64,000 bases of DNA from an uncultured delta proteobacterium (lineage in GTDB: Bacteria; Desulfobacterota; Desulfuromonadia; Geobacterales; Pseudopelobacteraceae), in NCBI GenBank assembly GCA_963772835.1, contig CAVYYZ010000001.1, forward strand, positions 128,001-192,000. Direction: 5' to 3'. The notes below the pieces were generated by a model that worked only from the letters and a program-made list of their open reading frames with translations, ran no database searches and was not told the DNA's origin. Of the stretch, positions 42,400 through 50,607 are shown in pieces. How positions within the stretch are numbered: position 1 is the stretch's first letter; each line of letters starts with the position of its first letter. The position numbers and the translations under genes are program-made.

Positions 42400-44568
42400 A
42401 TGGCGGGAACTGCCATCGATATAAAACAGGCGTTACAGATTGCCAGGGCATTTAACCTGTCATTCAATAATGCATTTATGTACGGGGGAAGTCACCAGAC
42501 TACCAAAGACAGTGCTGCAACTTTTTTTACTGTTTTGCAGCCGATCCTGGAATGTGCGGGCAATATCACGTTAAGTGTAGACAGGGGATCTGTTTTTTTT
42601 GAAAATCATTGTGTCGACAAGTTGGTGAGCGTTCAGCGTATCAACAGCCGGTTCATTAAAGCTGGAATCCAGTCCGTCAGTTTTGACAGGGATGCCTCCC
42701 AGGGAAGTGTTCAGACACTGTTTTATGTAATGGGGTCGCTGTCTGATTTCACGAACGTAGATGCAATACAGGCGTACCTTGCTCATGAACGTATTTCGGG
42801 AGTCAAAATCAACTATGTTGTTTACCAGAAAGTCACTATTGACGATACTATCGTTAATAAAAACACCCTTTCGGAAGCTCAGTCACTGCTGAGTAGTCTG
42901 CACATACCCGGGACAGGCGCTTATGAACAGGCTGATCCGGGTAGTATTACCAGGGAATTTTCGGAAATGCTGTCTCTGCGAAATTCCGCACTTGAAAATG
43001 AAGTGTCTGGAGCGGGAGACGCTGAATTTTCCGGATTATCTCAAGCTGAACATGACAAATTTCTGTCAACTCAAATTAAATCCATTAACAATCAACTCAA
43101 TTCAACTGAAGTAACTGAAGATGGTGTCATTCTCTCATCTGCAGAGATGCTTGAATCAATTTACAAGCTTAAAGAAAATGTCCTGGAGAATATCAGGCTT
43201 CAAAAAGCAACAGGAAAACTTGCAGCCACTGATGAACTGGCAATAACCGAAATAAATACGATCAGTTACCAGGTTATTGTGCGACTGATCAAAGAGGAAT
43301 ACCGGGCCGACAAAAAAATTTCCGTTAAGAGACTGGCCCAGATTATCCGGCGAATGCTGCCTGATATCAAGGAGCTCAAGTATCTGCTGCCACAGCTTAA
43401 AGATGGTCTTTTTGCCGAAGGGATGTCGCCTGCCGACTATTTGTCGCTTGTGAAGGAGCTCAGTAAAGAGCTTGACAGCGATGAATTGATGCAGATTATG
43501 GTTGAGGCCTCTGATCAGATCGGGCTTACCCTGAATGAGTTGATTGAGGGGATCAAGGAAGCACCGGAGGAAGCGGCCAGGCTTATCGTGCTGGCTGCGG
43601 AAATTAAAAAGGGCGGCGTTGCGGCTGATGATCAGCAAATGTCAGCAGTTTTGAGTGATTATATCGAAAAGGTGAGTCGGGCCCTGGCGCTGCAGTCACC
43701 CGAAGCTGCTGTTCCCGGCGGCGGGAAGATGCTTACAGCCGCCGTCACACGAATTGAGAGGGAAATTCTTGATCGCTTGAAATTACAGGATGTCGGAGTG
43801 AATACGGTCTCTGACGTTGCGCAAAAGCTTGCAAACCAGTTCACTGAAACTGTTTCTGTTTTGAAAGAGGACTGGTTCAGAACGAACATCAACAGTTCGA
43901 AAAATCCGAATGAAGAGACAGTGCTTTCGATAGTTGAGCAGATTGCCGGGCATGGGCTGGGGGAGGGCGGTGTTACAGAGGCGATCAGGTCTATTCTTGT
44001 TTCTAATGGGTACTCTGTCGAGAAGATAGACACCATTGTCAAAAAAGCCCAGCTGCGTGCCACATCAGCTATTACTCATTCGATGGAATTCCCTCCGGGC
44101 GTATTTAATGCGGGTAACACGATCTATTTTCTCGATCGTGAAATCAAGTTGAATTTGCGTTATAACACCCCCTTTTCAACTATTCTTATATCGTATGAGA
44201 AGATTATTGATCTGCGGACTTCTACCATTATGGAAGTGACTCCAGACATAACTATTCAGCTCACCAACCAGGCTCTTAAATTGTTAAAAGATATTCAGAA
44301 GAGAGATGTAGATGTCATCGGCGTTATTACGGTAAATAATGTAAGTATTCCATTTATGATATTGCCAATGACCGAAATAACCGGAGCACTGTATATAAAA
44401 AAGAGGTTTGAAACAGACTTCCCGCACCATGAATTTCTTGTTAACGGCATTACTGTTCATGTTGAGCCGAAAGTAACTGTGTACGGCTATAATAAAAAGC
44501 TGACGGCTGACAAATATTCCTATTTGAAAGCGCTGTATCAGCTCCATTGTCAACCGAAGCTACACTAG
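42400..44568 (+). CDS. 722-aa uncharacterised protein with a degenerate GGDEF-like C-terminal domain
   Basis: Long uninterrupted ORF between kinase and phosphatase; C-terminus GVFN...LDREIKLNLRYNTPFSTILI...KRDVDVIG...FMILPMT...GAL. Confidence 0.8.
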   Translation: MAGTAIDIKQALQIARAFNLSFNNAFMYGGSHQTTKDSAATFFTVLQPILECAGNITLSVDRGSVFFENHCVDKLVSVQRINSRFIKAGIQSVSFDRDASQGSVQTLFYVMGSLSDFTNVDAIQAYLAHERISGVKINYVVYQKVTIDDTIVNKNTLSEAQSLLSSLHIPGTGAYEQADPGSITREFSEMLSLRNSALENEVSGAGDAEFSGLSQAEHDKFLSTQIKSINNQLNSTEVTEDGVILSSAEMLESIYKLKENVLENIRLQKATGKLAATDELAITEINTISYQVIVRLIKEEYRADKKISVKRLAQIIRRMLPDIKELKYLLPQLKDGLFAEGMSPADYLSLVKELSKELDSDELMQIMVEASDQIGLTLNELIEGIKEAPEEAARLIVLAAEIKKGGVAADDQQMSAVLSDYIEKVSRALALQSPEAAVPGGGKMLTAAVTRIEREILDRLKLQDVGVNTVSDVAQKLANQFTETVSVLKEDWFRTNINSSKNPNEETVLSIVEQIAGHGLGEGGVTEAIRSILVSNGYSVEKIDTIVKKAQLRATSAITHSMEFPPGVFNAGNTIYFLDREIKLNLRYNTPFSTILISYEKIIDLRTSTIMEVTPDITIQLTNQALKLLKDIQKRDVDVIGVITVNNVSIPFMILPMTEITGALYIKKRFETDFPHHEFLVNGITVHVEPKVTVYGYNKKLTADKYSYLKALYQLHCQPKLH

Positions 44569-44575
44569 TACTACC

Positions 44576-45364
44576 ATGCTATCAGCCCACGCTACCCACC
44601 CCGGTCTTGTCCGGCAAAATAACGAAGATTGTATCTACACTGATGACAGCCTGGGTGTCTACGTGCTTGCCGACGGCATTGGCGGACATTATGCCGGCGA
44701 AGTGGCAAGCGCCCTTGCCGTTGAAACCGTCTATGCGGTATTGCGGTCAAATATAGGACATACGGCGGTTGATGGTTATTTTGAGCTTATGGTACATGCG
44801 ATACATGCCGCTCACTGGGAGATAATTACCAAAGTGCTGCCAAGCTCGCCGCTTAAGAGGATGGGAACAACTCTGGTCGTTGCCGTTCTACAGGAGAATA
44901 CGGCGTATATCGTTCATGCCGGAGATAGTCGGTGTTATTTGTTTCAGAACGGACCCGGTTCCGGCTCTGACCCTTCCGCTCTTCCTCAGAGGGATCTTGA
45001 AGGGGAGGGGAATACATTCAAACAATTAACCCGCGATCACACCGTCGGCGATCAGTTGCTGGCAAGCGGGATTTCCATCGAACAGATCCCGAAGAAACAA
45101 TTTCATACCCTCACCCAGTCAGTCGGGTGCGGAAATCCCCCCTCCCTCGATTTCAACACTGCTGAACTCAAACAGGGCGATGTGCTCCTCATCTGTTCCG
45201 ATGGCCTGACCGATATGCTGTCTGACGGTGAAATCGAAGCAATTCTTGCACATGGTGACGCCAGCCTGGATACACGTGCCGCAGATCTTATTGATGCCGC
45301 CAATGCAAACGGCGGCAGGGATAATATCTCCGTGATACTGGTGTCATCACCCTCTTCGGCATAA
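44576..45364 (+). CDS. PP2C/PPM-family Ser/Thr phosphatase (Stp1-like)
   Basis: GLVRQNNED, LADGIGGH..GEVAS, MGTT, HAGDSR, QLTRDH, CSDGLTD, GGRDNIS. Confidence 0.95.
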   Translation: MLSAHATHPGLVRQNNEDCIYTDDSLGVYVLADGIGGHYAGEVASALAVETVYAVLRSNIGHTAVDGYFELMVHAIHAAHWEIITKVLPSSPLKRMGTTLVVAVLQENTAYIVHAGDSRCYLFQNGPGSGSDPSALPQRDLEGEGNTFKQLTRDHTVGDQLLASGISIEQIPKKQFHTLTQSVGCGNPPSLDFNTAELKQGDVLLICSDGLTDMLSDGEIEAILAHGDASLDTRAADLIDAANANGGRDNISVILVSSPSSA

Positions 45365-45489
45365 CCGGGAGGCGGGGAAATCTTCCACTGCCGGTCTGTC
45401 TTGCACTCCTTAATGTCGGTGTGTTCCTGTCATTACGCTATTTTGGGTGATAGGTGAATCGAAGTAAGCCTGGAAAAAAGTTTTCTGAC

Positions 45490-45517
45490 TTGACAATCAT
45501 CAGTCATTTATTATAGT
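45490..45517 (+). promoter_or_regulatory. sigma70-like promoter upstream of tRNA-Gly
   Basis: TTGACA-16 nt-TATAGT. Confidence 0.55.
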
Positions 45518-45615
45518 GTCCCTCCTGTGTCCGGATTTGTCCGTGCCGGTGAGCAATTTTAAACAGGTCTGATTACGCTGCAACAGGTAATCAGGCTTGT
45601 TTTTTTCAAGTAAAC

Positions 45616-45690
45616 GCGGGAATAACTCAGTGGTAGAGTGCAACCTTCCCAAGGTTGAGGTCGCGAGTTCGAATCTCGTTTCCCGCTCCA
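45616..45690 (+). tRNA. tRNA-Gly (CCC)
   Basis: GCGGGAATAACTCAGTGGTAGAGTG...TTCCCAA...AGTTCGAATCT...CCCGCTCCA. Confidence 0.97.
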
Positions 45691-46152
45691 GATAAATTAA
45701 GGACTTAGGCTTATTGCTTGAGTCCTTTTTCTTTGAGCGCAACCACTAAAATATTCAACGTACTTACTATTTTGTGTGCGTATACCTTTTGTTTTCCTCA
45801 TATATGGTGACTGTGCTAAATGTGGTGGATATTTCTAACGACTTTCTCCATTCTCGTATCTTTCCTACAACTTTCACCTTTATAATCGGGTAGTTGCACT
45901 CTCAATGTCGTGATGTCCATCTGCCAAGTTACTTGACGAGGCCTTCTTTAGTTGATTTTAGGCGCTGTCAACGAACCTGCATCGAAATCGGAACAACGAC
46001 CGCTATAAAACAGTTTAAAATCAGAATGATATCTAAATTAATTGTTTTGGGCTTATTTATGTTGGCTATAATATACAATGTCACTATTCTGGAGAATAAT
46101 CCAAATTGGATTTCCGGTCTAACCATGACTTTTCAATAGGGGTGTACCATTT

Positions 46153-48507
46153 ATGATAATTAATTTCGTTCCCGTTTTGGTGCTGACTTTATTCTTTGCC
46201 GGATGCGCCGCAAAAGCACTTCCACCAGTTGCGATGATGATTCCGACCAGAACCATTGATTACCAGAAAGAGGTTAAGCCGATCCTCGACAAACGTTGTA
46301 CCGTTTGCCATTCTTGCTACAATTCGCCCTGTCAGCTCAAGCTTGATTCGTATGAGGGAGTTGACCGTGGGGGCACAAAGAGAGCCATTTATAATTCCTC
46401 ACGACTCAGCTCCATGGACCCGACCCGTCTTTTTACCGATGCACAGTCAACAGCGGAGTGGCGGAAGAAGAAATTCTTCAGCGTAACCGACAGTACCGTT
46501 TCAAACGGACTGAACGACTCGATCATGATTCAGCTTCTATCCCATAAGATGAAAAACGCGAAGAGCGTAGGTGAGTACAAGTCTGAATCTGAAGATCTGA
46601 CCTGTTCTGAAAACGGCAAGGAGCTTGGCGGCTACCTGGAAAAACATCCGAACAACGGCATGCCCTTTGGTTTCCCCCCGCTCAAGCAGGATGAGTTCGA
46701 CATAGTCGCCGGATGGCTGATCCAGGGTGCCAAGGGGCCTGATGCCGCCCAACAGGCGGAGCTGATGGCGCAGAAACCGGGTGATGCGCTGGAAATCGGG
46801 AAGTGGGAAGCTTTTTTGAACCAGGACGATCCCAAGCATGCCATGACGGCACGATATCTCTACGAACATTTGTTTCTGGCGCATCTGAAGTTCGGCACCC
46901 CGACCAATGAATTCTACGAACTGGTTCGCTCGAAAACGGCTCCCGGTCTGCCCCTTGACCTGATTGCCACCGTTCGTCCCTATGACGATCCCAAAGTCAA
47001 GAGAGTCTACTATCGTTTCCGGAAAATATACTCCACCATCGTCATCAAGACCCATATGGTTTTCAATCTTGACGACGCCCAACTGAAGCGATTCAACGAC
47101 CTGTTCATTCAGCCGGAGTGGCTGCAGCCACCGCATCTGATGAGCTATGCTACTAAGGTGAGTGCCAACCCTTTTGTCACATTCGAGCAGATCCCGCCGC
47201 GCTCCCGCTATCAATTTCTGCTTGATAATTCCCTCTATACCATTATGACCTTCATCCATGGTCCGGTCTGCAAAGGCCAGATCGCCCTCAATGTCATCGA
47301 TGATCATTTCTGGGTCATGTTCATGGACCCGGGACATGATCTGAGCGCGACCAATCCAGGCTTTCTGAAGCTGTACAGCGACAAATTGCGGATGCCCATC
47401 GAGGGGGGGAGCAACCTGGGTATCTTTTCACTGCTCACCGATGAGCATCGTGCGTCGGCAGTGGAGTTCTACAGGGCCAGGCAGGATCTCTACTCTTCAT
47501 TCAACTATGCCGGTCTCGGCTATGAGTCCATTTGGAAGGGGAACCGTGCCGAAGATGCCCCGATGCTGACCGTCTATCGCCATTTTGACAGTGCTTCGGT
47601 GCATAGGGGGGCTCTGGGTGATCTGCCGAAAACAGTGTGGGTCATTGACTATCCTCTGCTGGAACGGATTTATTATGCTCTTGTTGCCGGTTTTGATGTC
47701 TATGGCACGACCGCTCATCAGTTGGCCTCGCGGTTCTACATGGATGAACTGCGCGTTGAAGCGGAGAGCTACTTCCTTGATTTTCTTCCACCGGAGAATC
47801 GGCATGAGATTATGCAATCGTGGTACAAGGGCGTCGATTATGAGAAGATCAATTATTCCCCTTCCGCTCTGCCTGCAAAAATACCCTTTACATCGAACGA
47901 CCCGAAGCGAGAGTTCGTCGAACATGTCGTGGACAGCCACCTGCTGCCGGCGACAGGCATCGGCTTTGACACGGTGAATTACCTGCGTGCAGGAGCCGAT
48001 TATCCGCGCCAGCCTGACATACTTGAATCCACCGACGACTATCTGCGGGCGATCCGCGCTGTTTCCAGAACCGGGGCGCCATTTTTTGCCCTGGTCAATG
48101 GCAGCAACTCCAATCTTGCCTATGTGAGGATTAGACGGTTGAAGGGTCGTGACGTCGCATTTTCCATGGTGATCAACCGGTGGCATGACAATGTCGCATT
48201 CCTGATTAAAGAGGATAAACACCTTGACCCGTCGAAGGACAGTGCCGACATCATTAATGGTCTCATCGGATCATATCCAAACTATTTCTTTGATATTCAG
48301 GAGAACGATTTCCCGGATTTTATTGATTTCCTTGCACATTTTGATACGAGTCAAAAGAATATGGCGCGGATGGCCACGTATGGCGTAAACCGGGCCGACA
48401 AACGATTATGGGAAACCTATGACTGGTTCCAAAAACGCCTTAATGAAGATGAACCTGTGCAGGGGGGGCTTTTTGATATGAACCGTTACTATTATATTGC
48501 CCGCTAG
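46153..48507 (+). CDS. cti: Fatty acid cis/trans isomerase (heme c, lipoprotein)
   Basis: Lipobox FAGC, RCTVCHSCY.SPCQLKL, PTRLF.DA, RYLYEHLFLAH, GPVCKGQIALNVI, RHFDSASV, GSYPN, GLFDMNRY. Confidence 0.88.
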   Translation: MIINFVPVLVLTLFFAGCAAKALPPVAMMIPTRTIDYQKEVKPILDKRCTVCHSCYNSPCQLKLDSYEGVDRGGTKRAIYNSSRLSSMDPTRLFTDAQSTAEWRKKKFFSVTDSTVSNGLNDSIMIQLLSHKMKNAKSVGEYKSESEDLTCSENGKELGGYLEKHPNNGMPFGFPPLKQDEFDIVAGWLIQGAKGPDAAQQAELMAQKPGDALEIGKWEAFLNQDDPKHAMTARYLYEHLFLAHLKFGTPTNEFYELVRSKTAPGLPLDLIATVRPYDDPKVKRVYYRFRKIYSTIVIKTHMVFNLDDAQLKRFNDLFIQPEWLQPPHLMSYATKVSANPFVTFEQIPPRSRYQFLLDNSLYTIMTFIHGPVCKGQIALNVIDDHFWVMFMDPGHDLSATNPGFLKLYSDKLRMPIEGGSNLGIFSLLTDEHRASAVEFYRARQDLYSSFNYAGLGYESIWKGNRAEDAPMLTVYRHFDSASVHRGALGDLPKTVWVIDYPLLERIYYALVAGFDVYGTTAHQLASRFYMDELRVEAESYFLDFLPPENRHEIMQSWYKGVDYEKINYSPSALPAKIPFTSNDPKREFVEHVVDSHLLPATGIGFDTVNYLRAGADYPRQPDILESTDDYLRAIRAVSRTGAPFFALVNGSNSNLAYVRIRRLKGRDVAFSMVINRWHDNVAFLIKEDKHLDPSKDSADIINGLIGSYPNYFFDIQENDFPDFIDFLAHFDTSQKNMARMATYGVNRADKRLWETYDWFQKRLNEDEPVQGGLFDMNRYYYIAR

Positions 48508-48667
48508 AAAGCGAGGAGTGAAATGGAAGTCGTCGGATTCACCGGGTTCCGCGATGACTCTGTGACGGGTCAACGACGGCCCCGTTGGTATTTAAGGATG
48601 CATGTCTGTATGAACGGCGCTAGAATGCTCCGGGATTGTCTTCAAGGGCCTGAATGGAGAACAGATC

Positions 48668-49181
48668 ATGTCTGATACGGAACTCTACTGGATTGCACAA
48701 GACCAGCGGGCGCGCCTTGATGAACTGACGAGCTGCGACCCGGCGTTGAAGGACACCGCACTCAGACGCGATGTCCGTTACTGCCTGCCCTGTAAAAGAT
48801 GCTGGCAGATTTCCCCTTCTTTAACGACCTGATACGCAACGTCGAACTGGCTCTGACCAAAGTGGACCTGCCTCTGGCAAGCCTCTATGCGGAGCTTGTC
48901 CCGGACGTGCAGCTGCGGGAGCGGGTTTTTGACATGGTTGTGGACGAGTTCCGGCGCACCCGGCGGTTTATCCTGGCAATCACCGGGCAGAAAAATTGCT
49001 GGAGAGGAATCCTTCACTGGCCCGCTCTATCAGGCTGCGCAATCCGTACGTCGATCCTTTGAGCATGATCCAGATTGAACTGCTCCGCCGGAGAAGGGGA
49101 GGAAAGGGTGATGCGGAGTTGGGCTTTGTCCTGGCGGCCACGATCAACGGGATTGCGTCGGGGTTGAGGAATACGGGGTGA
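48668..49181 (+). pseudogene. ppc: Phosphoenolpyruvate carboxylase relic with a large internal deletion
   Basis: N-terminus (..LRRDVR) joined to the C-terminal segment FPFF...SIRLRNPYVDPLS..Q...TINGIASGLRNTG*, with an in-frame TAA and a frameshift. Confidence 0.88.
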
Positions 49182-49447
49182 TTTCTCTGCTCAGGTAGGT
49201 GAAATATTTATGAGGCTTGAGGGGGCAGCAGGTCAAAATTAAAGAGCAGGGGTCCAATCAGGCAGAAACACCGGCTAATACTTCCGCTGTTCTCCAGAAT
49301 AGTTATGCCAGTTTTAGGCATTACGAAATTCCTGCAAGCTTGGACGTGATTGTAGCAATTGACTTGTAGATACGTACCAGACACAAATGAGCACCGGAGC
49401 TGCCAAGACGCACATCGGCATGCGCTGACAGTGGAGGAAGTATACAC

Positions 49448-50410
49448 ATGAGGAGCAGTGAACCTCACCGGTTGAGAAATACAGTTTTGGTTGTGATAAT
49501 CCTTCTTGGAATCGGGACTCTGGCATTCCTGTGCATGAATGAAAGCAGTTTACGCACGCTGAGTCTTGTGAGCGCCGGGGCCGGCTCTTACGGTGATGTC
49601 CGGCGCAGTGCGGAGTCGCCCTCCTCCTCGTTTTTACCTTCATGGCTTTTGCCTGGAAAGAAAGTGCCGATTTCTCAAGAACGTAACGCCACTGTATTGA
49701 AGAGCGTGTTTGAAGTATTCGACCCATCTCTGAGGTCATTTCTGGTATCAGTACCGATAGTTTTGGACAGCTCGGCGGATACCGCGAAGGCGTATCTTGA
49801 TAAAGGCTACATCGGAGTCAGTCCGGACTGGGACAATTCAGCGCAGCAATCAAAACACAGGGAGATTTATGAACAGAGGGGAATGAAACCGGGGGATCCC
49901 GTGTTTATGCATCGCTTCAAGACGGACCTGTTGATTCACGAATTCCTGCACCTCCTCCAGGTTCACCAGGGTCTTGATAGACATGTGTGTTATGAAGCGG
50001 TATCGCGGTGGTATCTGGACCCGCGGTACGGCATACCGTCTCCGAGCGGCACACTCTCTCCTGACAGGACGGGCGGCAGAAGACCTGCGACCCTATCGAT
50101 CAATAGAACAAAATACATCGTGTGGCATGAATTGTACAATTATCGAAGGTTAAACGATGTGCCCCGGGATGGGAGCTGGAAGAATATGCAGTATGGTGCG
50201 CGGTACCGGTCAGCGAAAAACGGCGTGGAGGAATTCGCCTACATCGGGCAGGAAATACTCTCCAGCGGAAGTAGTTCCGAGAGTTACATTGCCACAGGGA
50301 AATGGAGTGATAAGGACTGGAAAAGCAAGAAAATGAGGTTGCTGGAGCTCTCCCCGGAAGTTATTGCAGTTTTCAGGGGCGTGTTCAATCCTGAATTAAT
50401 GAAGCCGTAA
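49448..50410 (+). CDS. Membrane-anchored hypothetical protein with HExxH (putative zinc metallopeptidase)
   Basis: GGAGG RBS, N-terminal TM, LLIHEFLHLLQ, downstream EEFAY. Confidence 0.6.
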   Translation: MRSSEPHRLRNTVLVVIILLGIGTLAFLCMNESSLRTLSLVSAGAGSYGDVRRSAESPSSSFLPSWLLPGKKVPISQERNATVLKSVFEVFDPSLRSFLVSVPIVLDSSADTAKAYLDKGYIGVSPDWDNSAQQSKHREIYEQRGMKPGDPVFMHRFKTDLLIHEFLHLLQVHQGLDRHVCYEAVSRWYLDPRYGIPSPSGTLSPDRTGGRRPATLSINRTKYIVWHELYNYRRLNDVPRDGSWKNMQYGARYRSAKNGVEEFAYIGQEILSSGSSSESYIATGKWSDKDWKSKKMRLLELSPEVIAVFRGVFNPELMKP

Positions 50411-50607
50411 ATGCCGCACTGGCTGGTCGGGCAGTCTCTGTGACATGTCTCCGGGACCGGATTTTGCTTTCTAGATAATGTCATTGCTGCGATTTCAAAA
50501 ATATCTTACTATGCGGCTGATGCACAGCACATGAATCTGGCTTTTTTTGAAATGTTACTCATCGGAGAGGCTGACACCATAAACTCCAGAGAGCCGGAGA
50601 AGGTTAC

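Noticed and set aside
38943..45364. Reading the kinase/PP2C/FHA genes as a T6SS PpkA-PppA-Fha checkpoint or an anti-phage kinase system
   Set aside because: No secretion-system genes nearby, the kinase has no membrane or periplasmic part, and no nuclease or toxin effector is evident. The EAL and GGDEF-like partners point to c-di-GMP signalling, although defence cannot be formally excluded.
48523..48594. Short ORF MEVVGFTGFRDDSVTGQRRPVGI with a GAGGAG RBS after cti
   Set aside because: Only 23 codons with no recognisable similarity; may be a remnant but cannot be supported.
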